From positions 1-27,658 of the forward strand of contig CAZAPD010000014.1 of assembly GCA_964487115.1 (NCBI GenBank): a stretch of DNA of 27,658 bases. Direction: 5' to 3'. This DNA comes from an uncultured Thermococci archaeon (GTDB taxonomy: Archaea > Methanobacteriota_B > Thermococci > Thermococcales > Thermococcaceae). The position numbers and the translations under genes are program-made. The notes below the pieces were generated by a model. That model did no database searches and was not told the origin of the DNA. It saw nothing but the letters and a program-made list of their open reading frames with translations. Below are positions 16,465 to 26,029 of the stretch, piece by piece (position 1 is the first letter of the stretch; every line of letters starts with the position of its first letter).

Positions 16465-18471
16465 ATGAAGAGGTTAGCACTGTTTTTAATTGCGGTTATG
16501 GTATTGAGCGTAATCCCAGCGGCCTTAAGTGGAGTTGCCGCTGATGAACAGACATATCCAGAGAAAACCACCCAACTGCTACCAAAAGCCGATGCATATA
16601 GTTATTATTACAAAGGCACATCATTTTCATGGAGGAATTACCATGCATATTATGAGAAGCGTGAATTAGCTATCGGAAATTCCAGTTATTATAGTAAAGA
16701 GAGAGCATACCTGAAATTTAACCTCTCCGAACTTCCACCGGCGGCAGAGATTTCTTCGGCTCAGATGTGCGTTTATGTTGCCTATATTAAGTATTTTGAC
16801 ACACCTATGGAAGTCGGTGCCTACCCAACCACAGACAATTGGGTCGAAGATGCAACTCCTTCTCCCGTGCCGCAACCCGGAGATTTACTGGATACAAAAA
16901 CACTTCAGAAAGGCTGGGTCTGCTGGGATGTTACATCATACATCCAGAACGAGTTCTATAACGGAGATAAAATCGCCAGTATAATTCTAAAACTGGTTGA
17001 TGAGGGCATTAACAATTACGCATGGATATATTCAAGGGAAAACTCATACAATCAACCTTACCTGCAAGTTGATTACTATATTCCAATAAGCATAAAAGAA
17101 CTTCAAGCTCCAGAAAGGGCGATTCAGAACTACAACAACAAGATAACGGTTGTCCTCGAAAATGGGGGAAAAGCTGCCCAGAACGTCACTTTCTTGCTTT
17201 ATATTGATGGAACAGCTGTCATGAACGAAACCCTTGAACTCCCGGCAGGAGGGGATAAGGTAGTAGAATACATCTGGAATCCTCTCGTAACAGGAAAACA
17301 CGAAATTAAGGCCGAAATTGAGGGTTATGACTTCAAGTCCAAGGAAGTTGATGTCATACCCAACCCCGACAAAATAGCAAGAATTATGTCCACGTATTAC
17401 CTCGGCATGTACACCAAAGAATGGAAGTCTCTAACCCCGCTCTATGAAAACTTCACACAGCTACTTGGAAAGATTAGACAGTATAATATAAGTATGGGTG
17501 AGTTTGAATCCGAGATTCTCAGCATCGAGGGACAACTGCAGTTAATAAAGCAGGAGTATCAAAAGTACACGGCCCTCAGGAGGTATTCCGAGGTGACAGG
17601 CTCCACATCCCTCTCATTTACGGCAATGAGGCATATAAGGAGAGCCGCTTTCCTGAGCAAGGGAATGAAGGATAAGCTTGAACACCTCATACCGCTGATG
17701 GAAACTGCAGTTAAGAAGGCTGAGAGTGGGGAGACAGGAGTAACAATCAAGGTCACAAAGGTTCTCATCGATGCCTCTCACAATCAGTACTACAACCCAA
17801 CGAAGAGCGACAGCAACGGAATGAGCACATTCATTTCAAAGATTGAAAATGAGCTCGGCTGGAAGGTGGACATCAACACAGAACCAATCACATATGAAAA
17901 ACTGAAGAACTACAATATCTTTATACTAACCAATCCCAGCAAAGACATAACAGATGACGAGGCACAGGCCATTCAGAAGTTCGTTGAAAACGGAGGAGGC
18001 CTCTTCATTCTCGGAGAAAGCTATTATGGGCATGTGTACTATAAGAGCCTTAACAAAGTTGTAGGCAAATATGGAATTGAGTTTAAGAATGACGAGCTTA
18101 TGGACGATGATAGGAACACAGGCAGATCATGGTTCCCGCTTGTGGGACTTTATAACCTCAAACACCCTGCAATGAAGTTCCTGAATGAAACCCATGAGAT
18201 GCTCTATAACGGCGATACACTGGACATCAGCGGCGATGCTGTCTGGCTTATAACAGGATATGAAACCGCCTACGCAGAAGATAAAAATAAAAACGTGGTG
18301 AAAGAGAAAGGCTCAAAACCTGTAGTTGCTGCAGCTGTTGAAGTTGGCAGTGGGAGAATCGTAGCATACGGTTCAAGCAAAGCTATAAGCGACGCATACT
18401 ACCAGAGATACATAAACACGAACTGGCCGTTTGTTAAAGGAGTTCTTCTCTGGCTGGCTCATGCCAGCTGA
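16465..18471 (+). CDS. Secreted multidomain surface protein: DNRLRE/CBM96-like, CARDB-like Ig, helical bundle and DUF4350/GldG-like C-terminal domain
   Basis: Signal peptide; ADAY...RAYLKFNLSELP...WDVT...YSRE...PYLQVDY (DNRLRE-like); VVLENGG...LYIDG...GKHEIKAEI (CARDB-like); KVLIDASHNQY...FVENGGGLFILGE...GSGRIVAYG (DUF4350/GIFT-like). Confidence 0.82.
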   Translation: MKRLALFLIAVMVLSVIPAALSGVAADEQTYPEKTTQLLPKADAYSYYYKGTSFSWRNYHAYYEKRELAIGNSSYYSKERAYLKFNLSELPPAAEISSAQMCVYVAYIKYFDTPMEVGAYPTTDNWVEDATPSPVPQPGDLLDTKTLQKGWVCWDVTSYIQNEFYNGDKIASIILKLVDEGINNYAWIYSRENSYNQPYLQVDYYIPISIKELQAPERAIQNYNNKITVVLENGGKAAQNVTFLLYIDGTAVMNETLELPAGGDKVVEYIWNPLVTGKHEIKAEIEGYDFKSKEVDVIPNPDKIARIMSTYYLGMYTKEWKSLTPLYENFTQLLGKIRQYNISMGEFESEILSIEGQLQLIKQEYQKYTALRRYSEVTGSTSLSFTAMRHIRRAAFLSKGMKDKLEHLIPLMETAVKKAESGETGVTIKVTKVLIDASHNQYYNPTKSDSNGMSTFISKIENELGWKVDINTEPITYEKLKNYNIFILTNPSKDITDDEAQAIQKFVENGGGLFILGESYYGHVYYKSLNKVVGKYGIEFKNDELMDDDRNTGRSWFPLVGLYNLKHPAMKFLNETHEMLYNGDTLDISGDAVWLITGYETAYAEDKNKNVVKEKGSKPVVAAAVEVGSGRIVAYGSSKAISDAYYQRYINTNWPFVKGVLLWLAHAS

Positions 18472-18533
18472 TCCTTTCAATCCTTAATTTATTATTTAGA
18501 TATATATCGAAGCAGAAAGATTCTTATATTTAG

Positions 18534-18752
18534 CAGAACAGTTATGCTGAGGCAAGATTTGAAGAAAAGAACGGAACAGAAGTTGTCATGAAGAATGGTA
18601 GTCCAGAAGGACTCGAAATGGTCATCAAAGACATAGGTAATCTTCCCAACGCATACGGCACGAGGAAATTTGATGACGAAGTATGCAAAATATACTGGAA
18701 AGCATTGCAGCATTAAGAAGAGACCTTTATCATATCCATTGGTGGGAGGTAA
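18534..18752 (+). pseudogene. Possible gene remnant
   Basis: Protein-like frame QNSYAEARFEEKNGTEVVMKNGSPEGLEMVIKDIGNLPNAYGTRKFDDEVCKIYWKALQH*EETFIISIGGR* with no clear start and an internal stop at 18714-18716. Confidence 0.3.
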
Positions 18753-18857
18753 ATACGCCTGTCTTCACTCCCTATGTGCTCGTGAAGAGCGTGGAAATAA
18801 CGAAAGCCACGAAGTAATTCTATTTTTTCATTCTCTTTGTCAAGAATTTAATAATTT

Positions 18858-18883
18858 AAAATGACGTTGAACAACGTTATTTT
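18858..18883. promoter_or_regulatory. 26-bp near-perfect palindrome upstream of the P-type ATPase
   Basis: AAAATgACGTTG-AA-CAACGTtATTTT (11 of 12 arm positions pair). Confidence 0.5.
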
Positions 18884-19001
18884 GATATATTTCCATTTTC
18901 CATGGAGAATTTCTAAAATAATATCGAAGGTAAGGATATTTTTACGATTGTAACAAAATCCGTATATATTTCTCCCACGTCAATTATTTTTGGCGGTTGA
19001 A

Positions 19002-21413
19002 ATGGTTGTGGGAAAGGATTACAAACGTATGAGCGTTGATGAGGTTTTAAAAGAACTTAAAACATCGCGAGCAGGCCTTTCTTCAGAGGAGGCCAAAAGA
19101 AGGATTGAAATTTATGGTCCAAATGAAATTCCAGAGAAAAAAGTCAACCCTATAATAAAGTTTCTCTCCTACTTTTGGGGCCCAATACCGTGGATGATAG
19201 AAATAGCGGCAGTATTATCAGCAATAGTCAGACACTGGGCAGACTTCTGGATTATAATGATACTGCTGCTGATGAATGGAGTAGTAGGATTCTGGGAGGA
19301 ACACAAGGCAGAGAACGTTATAGAATTCCTCAAGCAGAAAATGGCTCTCAAAGCAAGGGTTCTGCGAGATGGAGAATGGAAAATCATTCCTGCCAAAGAA
19401 TTGGTACCGGGTGATATCATAAGGCTCAGAATGGGAGACATAGTACCGGCAGATGTAAAATTAATCGACGGAGATTATTTAATGATAGATGAATCAGCCT
19501 TAACCGGGGAATCCCTACCTGTGGACAAAAAGATAGGGGATATTGCCTTTTCAGGTTCACTCGTTAAAAAAGGCGAAATGACTGCAGTGGTCACTGGAAC
19601 GGGCATGAATACATATTTTGGCAAGACCGTCCAGCTTGTTGAGAGCGCCAAGACAGTGAGCTCCTTCCAGAAGATGGTCATAAAAGTTGGGGACTATCTG
19701 ATAATTATCTCCCTCATATTAGTGTCAATAGTCTTTTTAATGGCAATACACCGACATGAGAGCTTAGTAGAAGCCCTCAGGTTCAGCCTTGTACTAATGG
19801 TTGCGGCGATTCCAGCTGCAATGCCTGCTGTCCTATCGATAACGATGGCGATAGGAGCATTAAACTTAGCCAAAAAACAGGCTGTTGTTACGAAACTGGT
19901 GTCTATCGAAGAGTTAGCGGGAGTTGATGTCCTGTGCTCCGATAAAACCGGGACCCTAACGAAGAACGAACTAACTGTCGGTGATCCAGTTCCGTTTAAT
20001 GGATATACCGAAGCAGATGTTGTTTTGTATGGCGCCTTAGCAAGCAGAGAAGAGGATAAAGACCCAATTGATCTGGCAATAATCAATGCTCTGGAGAGAT
20101 TCAAACTGAAAGATGTTATAAAGAAATTCCGTCAAGTTAAATTCAGGCCTTTTGATCCAGTTATAAAACGCACTGAAGCTAACATTACAAATGATGAAGA
20201 ATTCAGGGTCGCTAAAGGTGCCCCGCAGGTTATCCTCGACATGTGTGACGTTACCGATGAGGTTAGGGAAAAAGCGACAAAAAAAGTCGATGAACTTGCT
20301 GATGAAGGCTACAGGGCATTGGGAGTTGCAAGAACTAAAGGAGACAAATGGGATTTTGTTGGTATAATACCACTCTTTGATCCCCCCAGGGATGATGCCC
20401 CTAAGGCCGTAAAGGAAATCAGAAAACTCGGAGTCAATGTGAAAATGGTGACAGGAGATCATATAGCTATAGCCAGGCACATAGCCAAAATCCTCGGATT
20501 GGGAACGAAAATAGTTTCCATGAGTCAGCTGCTTAAGGCAAAGAGGGATTCTGAAGTCGAAAGGCTTGCTGAAGAAGCCGATGGATTCTCAGAGGTCTTC
20601 CCAGAACACAAGTTCAGGATTGTTGATGCCCTTCAGAGAGCTGGACATCTCGTGGCAATGACAGGTGATGGAGTAAACGATGCACCTGCCCTCAAAAAGG
20701 CGAACTGTGGTATCGCAGTCTCTGGAGCTACAGATGCTGCAAGAGCAGCTGCAGATGTTGTCCTGCTCCAGCCAGGTCTCTCGGTAATAGCCCATGCCAT
20801 TGAGGAAGCCAGAAGGATATTCCAGAGGATGGAAAGTTATGTTATCTACAGAATAACGGAAACCATCAGAGTTCTGTTCTTCGTAACCTTTGCGATTCTT
20901 GTCTTCAACTTCTACCCGATAACGGCTGTCATGATAGTATTGCTGGCACTCTTCAATGATGCCCCGATACTGGCTATAGCATACGACAATGTGATCACAC
21001 CAAAGAAACCAGTTAGCTGGAATATGTATAAAGTTCTCGTGCTTTCAACACTGCTCGGGTTTGTAGGAGTTGTGAGCTCCTTTATGTTGTTCTACATAGC
21101 GGAAAGAGTCCTTTTCCTTAGCCGGCCCGAGATACAGTCGTTCATTTTCCTTAAGCTGGCTGTCGCAGGGCACCTTACAATATTTGTCACAAGAGCAAGA
21201 GGGCATCTATGGGAAAAACCCTATCCCAGCAAGCTCCTCTTCTGGTCTGCAGTTGTGACAAAGATCCTTGCAACTCTTGTCGTTGTCTATGGAATCTTTG
21301 TAACACCAATAGGTTGGAAACTTGCAGGCCTTATATGGGTCTATGCACTGGCATGGATGCTCATAATTGATGAGGCAAAGGTCATAATCCTCAGGAGGAT
21401 GGAGGGTCTCTAA
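19002..21413 (+). CDS. P3A-type plasma-membrane proton-efflux P-type ATPase
   Basis: DESALTGES, AAIPAAMPAVLSITMAIGA (M4), CSDKTGTLTKN phosphorylation motif, FRPFDPVIKRT, KGAPQVI, DPPRDD, MVTGD, TGDGVNDAPALK and M6 LFNDAPILAIAYDN carrying the P3A proton-acceptor Asp. Confidence 0.94.
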   Translation: MVVGKDYKRMSVDEVLKELKTSRAGLSSEEAKRRIEIYGPNEIPEKKVNPIIKFLSYFWGPIPWMIEIAAVLSAIVRHWADFWIIMILLLMNGVVGFWEEHKAENVIEFLKQKMALKARVLRDGEWKIIPAKELVPGDIIRLRMGDIVPADVKLIDGDYLMIDESALTGESLPVDKKIGDIAFSGSLVKKGEMTAVVTGTGMNTYFGKTVQLVESAKTVSSFQKMVIKVGDYLIIISLILVSIVFLMAIHRHESLVEALRFSLVLMVAAIPAAMPAVLSITMAIGALNLAKKQAVVTKLVSIEELAGVDVLCSDKTGTLTKNELTVGDPVPFNGYTEADVVLYGALASREEDKDPIDLAIINALERFKLKDVIKKFRQVKFRPFDPVIKRTEANITNDEEFRVAKGAPQVILDMCDVTDEVREKATKKVDELADEGYRALGVARTKGDKWDFVGIIPLFDPPRDDAPKAVKEIRKLGVNVKMVTGDHIAIARHIAKILGLGTKIVSMSQLLKAKRDSEVERLAEEADGFSEVFPEHKFRIVDALQRAGHLVAMTGDGVNDAPALKKANCGIAVSGATDAARAAADVVLLQPGLSVIAHAIEEARRIFQRMESYVIYRITETIRVLFFVTFAILVFNFYPITAVMIVLLALFNDAPILAIAYDNVITPKKPVSWNMYKVLVLSTLLGFVGVVSSFMLFYIAERVLFLSRPEIQSFIFLKLAVAGHLTIFVTRARGHLWEKPYPSKLLFWSAVVTKILATLVVVYGIFVTPIGWKLAGLIWVYALAWMLIIDEAKVIILRRMEGL

Positions 21414-21431
21414 TCCTCCTCCTTTTGTTTT

Positions 21432-22088
21432 TTATGTAACATCCAGCATCTCCAATCCAAGCTTTTTGATCAATGTTTTATAGAGTGAAAGCCATGCGCC
21501 CTCTGTAGTTTCTACCATCATAAAAATCCACGGACCAAGAATCAAGCTGAAAAGGACATCACTGAACCAGTGAACGTGAAGGAATAACCTTGAAAAGGCA
21601 ACTAAAATAGCATACGCCCACCAGATGGGTTTGTATTTGGGAAAACGCTCACTCAGAAAACATGCTAAGATAGAAGCTCTCGCTGTATGTCCTGATGGGA
21701 AAGCGAAATAATCAGCATTTAACATGGCTTGGAAGAGAGGTAAAGATAGAGGGGCTTCATCCGGTCGTGGAACCTCAATTAAGACCTTCAAAACGCCTAC
21801 AATTGCCATACCAAGAAAGAGCGAGACTATGAAATTTAAAGTAGAGCGGCTTAATTTTTTGTTCCTGCTTCTTCTTATATCCCACACAATGAAGATAAGA
21901 ACATAGACTATAAAAATCCCGAAGCTGGCAGAATCTGTGATTAGACCTATCCCGGGAGACTTTACGAGAGGAGTGAGCATATAAACGTGCATATTAAGAT
22001 TACTAAATAATCCGAGAATCTCGACCATTAGGAGAATGCCCACCACAGCTGTAAGCATCCAGAGTATTTTTCTCTTTTCTGAGTGCAT
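21432..22088 (-). CDS. PAP2-family membrane phosphatase
   Basis: KVLIEVPRP, FPSGH and SRLFLHVHWFSDV catalytic motifs. Confidence 0.92.
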   Translation of the reverse strand: MHSEKRKILWMLTAVVGILLMVEILGLFSNLNMHVYMLTPLVKSPGIGLITDSASFGIFIVYVLIFIVWDIRRSRNKKLSRSTLNFIVSLFLGMAIVGVLKVLIEVPRPDEAPLSLPLFQAMLNADYFAFPSGHTARASILACFLSERFPKYKPIWWAYAILVAFSRLFLHVHWFSDVLFSLILGPWIFMMVETTEGAWLSLYKTLIKKLGLEMLDVT

Positions 22089-22125
22089 GGAATAAGATAA
22101 AGAGGTAGATAGATAAGCTTTTCTC

Positions 22126-22707
22126 TCAAATCAAACCAGCCCCGTAAAGCGCATGATACGCCCTAAGCAAAGCTTGTTGAACTCTCTTTGGTCCAAAACG
22201 CCTAACTGCACTCTTAAGTCCTTCAGTATAGACTTTACGCAGAACAAAATCCACATCTTTTTCCAAGTTAATCTTTTCTTGATTTTCAAGGTAAAGCCCT
22301 GCTATCTCTTTCGGTTCTTTATAATTCAAGCTTTTTAACCATTTGAGGGGGATGCCAGTTTCATACTGCTTTAAAACCCTAAATCCAATAATAGTAACCT
22401 CATCGTCTCCGTAGAGCTCTCCATAAATCCTATTTAGGATCTTGAGAAGCTCTCTAACATTCTTAAACCCATCTCTATTTGCATCATCATCAGTAAGTTC
22501 CCGAACTTTTTTCTTGACTACCTCGGTAATTTGAACTTTAGCCACAGCAGTGTCATTGGGTCGAATAACGAGATAAACCTCACTGCCGGGTTTAGCTTCA
22601 TAATTCCCATAACGAATAGTGGTTACTTTATCTCCCCTCAGAATTTTGGGTTTGTAAGAACTATCTATCAACAGGAACTTTCTTATCTGAATTTTCTTTT
22701 TCCTCAC
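22126..22707 (-). CDS. ASCH-domain protein
   Basis: [11 protein letters not shown] and [12 protein letters not shown] motifs; its 5' end overlaps the 3' end of the HAD gene. Confidence 0.88.
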   Translation of the reverse strand: MRKKKIQIRKFLLIDSSYKPKILRGDKVTTIRYGNYEAKPGSEVYLVIRPNDTAVAKVQITEVVKKKVRELTDDDANRDGFKNVRELLKILNRIYGELYGDDEVTIIGFRVLKQYETGIPLKWLKSLNYKEPKEIAGLYLENQEKINLEKDVDFVLRKVYTEGLKSAVRRFGPKRVQQALLRAYHALYGAGLI

Positions 22708-23392
22708 TATTTAGCACCTCTATGATTTCAGGGAGTTCCTTCAAATCCTCAATCGTAAAATCAGCATATTTAATATAATCCTTTTCCCTGTTCGCGTATT
22801 TCCCATACTTAAACCAGACAGTGTGCATTCCAACCTGTTTGGCACCGTAGATATCAGAATACAGCCTGTCTCCGACCATCAATGCCTCATCGGCTTTAAC
22901 ATTAAACTTCCCAAGGGCTTTCCGGAATATTTTAGGGTGGGGCTTCTTCACGCCCACAAAATCCGAGATAAGAACTTCATCGAAATAAGCATCAAGCTCC
23001 AGACGAAGTATCTTCTCCCACTGCTTTATGGGATTCCCATCAGTTATTATCCCCAGCAAAAGACCCATTTCCTTAAGCTTCAGAAGGATTTTCCTCACGT
23101 GTCTTACTTCCCTCAAATAGGCGAATTTCGTGTTGTGATATGCTATAACTCCTGCGGCAACCCATTTTGGATTGTAAGATAGATCAAGCCGACGAAGAAG
23201 ATAATCAAAATGTCTGTCAAAGTTACTCCCATATTCATTTATAAGTTCAAGAAGCTCATTATATGCGGTATCAAAGTTAACTGGCATGCCATGTCGTATC
23301 ATGTTCTCAATAGCATTTTTTCTCGCCATCTCAGCTAATCTCGATGTGTCGGCAATTGTATCATCCAAATCAAAAAATATCACTTTTATCAT
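22661..23392 (-). CDS. HAD-superfamily hydrolase (TIGR02253 type)
   Basis: [20 protein letters not shown] and [13 protein letters not shown] motifs; GGTGA RBS before ATG 23392. Confidence 0.92.
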   Translation of the reverse strand: MIKVIFFDLDDTIADTSRLAEMARKNAIENMIRHGMPVNFDTAYNELLELINEYGSNFDRHFDYLLRRLDLSYNPKWVAAGVIAYHNTKFAYLREVRHVRKILLKLKEMGLLLGIITDGNPIKQWEKILRLELDAYFDEVLISDFVGVKKPHPKIFRKALGKFNVKADEALMVGDRLYSDIYGAKQVGMHTVWFKYGKYANREKDYIKYADFTIEDLKELPEIIEVLNSEEKENSDKKVPVDR

Positions 23393-23443
23393 CCGGTCAC
23401 CCCAGATTAATTGGCACATAAAATATTTAACTTTTCTCCAGCT

Positions 23444-23836
23444 TTATATCAAATCCAGATAAAACTTCGCACTTCTTGCTCTCTGCATCTGCTGGAAGTA
23501 ATCATCCTCCTTAATCAGTTCTTTTATTAGGTCATCAAGCTTCCATGTAAGTGATGTGGGTGTTGTGGTTGCGAATATTACCCTTCCAAGATTTAAAGAT
23601 CTAACCCGGCTGATTATGTCTTTCACCTCATTATTACTGACGTTATGCATGAGGAGGAATTTTTTAACATGCCAATTTCCGCTTCCCCTGAGTTTATCTG
23701 CCTTCTCAACGATCTCCTGAAGAATCCAGTCCCGGCAGTATTCCGGTATCTCATACACGTTAAACCCATCCAGCGTAGCCCTGAGTCCCTCCACCTCATC
23801 CCTCCCAAAGCCTATGACGAAAATTTTCCCTTTCAT
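23444..23836 (-). CDS. DUF3783-like conserved protein
   Basis: KFLLMHN...[24 protein letters not shown] motif; ATGA overlap with cobB. Confidence 0.78.
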   Translation of the reverse strand: MKGKIFVIGFGRDEVEGLRATLDGFNVYEIPEYCRDWILQEIVEKADKLRGSGNWHVKKFLLMHNVSNNEVKDIISRVRSLNLGRVIFATTTPTSLTWKLDDLIKELIKEDDYFQQMQRARSAKFYLDLI

Positions 23837-24588
23837 TTTATCAACTCCTTGATATTTTTTGCAAGTTTATTCATAACCTCAGCGGCTTTTCCACAGAGGA
23901 AAATGTCAGCGATTGGTGTTATACCGCTTTTTTCAGTATTTATTTCAATTACAAAGCCTCCCCCATCTTTAACAACATAAGGTATATATGCCGCAGGATA
24001 AACCACACCGCTTGTGCCGATAACGAGGACCACATCCGCCCTTTCAGCGAGCCTGAAGGCCTCGTCAAGGGCTTTCCCCGGGAGCAGCTCGCCAAACCAC
24101 ACGACGTCCGGTCGGAGAAGCGAGTCGCAACGAGGACACTTGGGAAGTTCCTTCTCGGTCAGGAACTCCTCCAGTCTCCCGCTCTCCTTGAGGTTTTCCC
24201 TATAGCTGCACGATGTACATCTAACGCGAAATATGTTGCCGTGGAGTTCGATAACGTTCCTGCTCCCGGCCTCGGAGTGGAGATCGTCGACGTTCTGAGT
24301 TATCACGGCCTTCAAGATGTCCATCTTCTCAAGCTCAGCCAGAGCATAGTGGGCGCTGTTGGGTTTAGCTTTTCGTACCAGGTCTATGCGCCATCTGTAG
24401 AACTCCCAAACGAGGTGAGGATCCCTCTTAAAGGCTTCAGGTGTTGCAAGCTCCTCAGGGCGATACCTCTTCCACAGACCGTTGAATCCCCTAAAAGTGG
24501 GAACACCGCTCTCGGCGCTTATTCCAGCACCTGTAAAAGCAATCGCAAACCTTGAGCGGGCAAGGAGTTTGGCTGCTTTCTTTATCAT
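23833..24588 (-). CDS. cobB: NAD-dependent protein deacylase (Sir2/CobB)
   Basis: [38 protein letters not shown] zinc site, RPDVVWFGE and [10 protein letters not shown]; likely start ATG 24588. Confidence 0.95.
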   Translation of the reverse strand: MIKKAAKLLARSRFAIAFTGAGISAESGVPTFRGFNGLWKRYRPEELATPEAFKRDPHLVWEFYRWRIDLVRKAKPNSAHYALAELEKMDILKAVITQNVDDLHSEAGSRNVIELHGNIFRVRCTSCSYRENLKESGRLEEFLTEKELPKCPRCDSLLRPDVVWFGELLPGKALDEAFRLAERADVVLVIGTSGVVYPAAYIPYVVKDGGGFVIEINTEKSGITPIADIFLCGKAAEVMNKLAKNIKELIK

Positions 24589-24735
24589 GTTTACACATAC
24601 TCGGATGTCTTTAAAAATTCTGCCCGAGGTTGAGAGGTTTCCTGTTTCCCGCCGAAGAATCTTTGAAACAAGCCTCATGTTTCCGTGGGAGGGTTTAAAT
24701 TGTATCCATGAATACATTTGGTTGGAGGTGAGAGA

Positions 24736-25932
24736 ATGCCAGTGACCGATGGAGTTCCAAGAAAAAAGGTTACCACCTCACATGGACGTTACTACACCGA
24801 GAGGGTCGCACTCGCGAGAAGGAAAAAGCTGAGAAGAAAAGCCGCATTGATTCAGCTCATGAGGAAGCGCAAGGGCGTTGCGGCGATAAGAACGAGCACT
24901 ATAAGGGTGGAGAAAGCCCACATCTCAAAGAACGAGGCGCTGGCAATACTGGTTGGAACCCAAATAGGCGCCGGCGTTCTTGGCCTGCCCTATGCGGCCA
25001 GCAAAGTCGGCCTGATTCCAGCGCTGGGCGTCCTCACAGGAGTCATGCTCCTGATGCTCGCAACGGCCTTCATAGTGTTACGGTTCAGCGCCGAGATGAA
25101 CGGGGCTCAGATGAGCACGATAGCCCAGAGAACCCTTGGAAAAGCCGGCGGCTGGCTGATGTACCTTAGCATATTCATAATGAGCTTTGGAGCACTTCTT
25201 GCATACATCGCCGGAATGGGGAGCGTCTTCGCAAGCCTCTTCGGGGTCAGCGATACCCTTGGCGCGGCCATATTCTGGGTGCTGGCTTCCTTCGTCGTCT
25301 ATCGGGGCCTTGAGGCGAGCGGAAAGACCGAGCTGATAATGAGCTATGTGATGCTGGCCCTCTTCATCGGCGTGACGCTGATGCTCGTCCCCCACGCGGA
25401 GCTTGAGAACGGCCTCTACACCGACCTCTCCGGAATACTGAGCATAACCGGCGTCGCCATCTTTGCCCTCGGCTGCCACACCATAATCCCCGACGTCTAC
25501 AAGGGGCTCGGGAGCTACGAAGAGACCAGAAAGGTCATCGTGCTGGCATTCCTTATCCCAACGGCCATCTACGCGGTCTTCATGACAGCCTTCCTGCTCG
25601 TCTTTGGAATGGAGACGCCGGAGATAGCCACGCAGGGGCTTGAGCTCCTCTACGGCCACCTCGGCAGAATTGCTGGCAACCTCATCCCGCTCCTCGCAAT
25701 AACGACGAGCTACATCGGCATAGCTCTTGCACAGCAGAGCAACAGCGAGGAGTTCGTAAGGCTTGATAGAAAAGCCGCGTGGGCTTTGACGGTGATCCCG
25801 CCGGCCATCCTTTACTTCGCGGGCGTCAGGAACTTCGCTGACGTTTTAGCTTTCGCCGGAGACACGGGAGACATGCTGGCCTTTATAGTATTACCGATAC
25901 TGATGTGGCTCGCAGCGAAGCTTCGCTATTAA
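24736..25932 (+). CDS. Aromatic amino-acid permease family (HAAAP/TyrP-like) transporter
   Basis: [19 protein letters not shown] and AITTSYIG motifs; about 11 TM helices; GGAGGTGA RBS before ATG 24736. Confidence 0.88.
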   Translation: MPVTDGVPRKKVTTSHGRYYTERVALARRKKLRRKAALIQLMRKRKGVAAIRTSTIRVEKAHISKNEALAILVGTQIGAGVLGLPYAASKVGLIPALGVLTGVMLLMLATAFIVLRFSAEMNGAQMSTIAQRTLGKAGGWLMYLSIFIMSFGALLAYIAGMGSVFASLFGVSDTLGAAIFWVLASFVVYRGLEASGKTELIMSYVMLALFIGVTLMLVPHAELENGLYTDLSGILSITGVAIFALGCHTIIPDVYKGLGSYEETRKVIVLAFLIPTAIYAVFMTAFLLVFGMETPEIATQGLELLYGHLGRIAGNLIPLLAITTSYIGIALAQQSNSEEFVRLDRKAAWALTVIPPAILYFAGVRNFADVLAFAGDTGDMLAFIVLPILMWLAAKLRY

Positions 25933-25980
25933 TTTAATTTTTAATTGGCAACTTTTATGCATATTGACATTAATCAGTGC

Positions 25981-25996
25981 GGTAAGATTTATATCC
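25981..25996 (+). promoter_or_regulatory. BRE/TATA promoter of glyA
   Basis: GGTAAGATTTATATCC about 35 bp upstream of ATG 26030. Confidence 0.6.
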
Positions 25997-26029
25997 TATC
26001 ACCATAAAACTGTTCACGAGGTGATTTGG

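Noticed and set aside
18867..18876. Possible SurR site (GTT-N3-AAC) within the palindrome upstream of the ATPase
   Set aside because: The spacing here is GTT-N4-AAC, which does not match the SurR consensus.
22661..22707. 47-bp overlap between the HAD and ASCH genes, suggesting a frameshift
   Set aside because: Both proteins have complete motifs, and the overlap encodes only a low-complexity HAD tail. Such overlaps are ordinary in compact archaeal operons.
24589..24717. N-terminal extension of cobB in the ORF track, and similar extensions for glyA, HAD, pduO, the 911-aa and 204-aa ORFs
   Set aside because: Downstream ATGs match the family N-termini or have clear RBSs; the extensions run through promoter regions or neighbouring genes.
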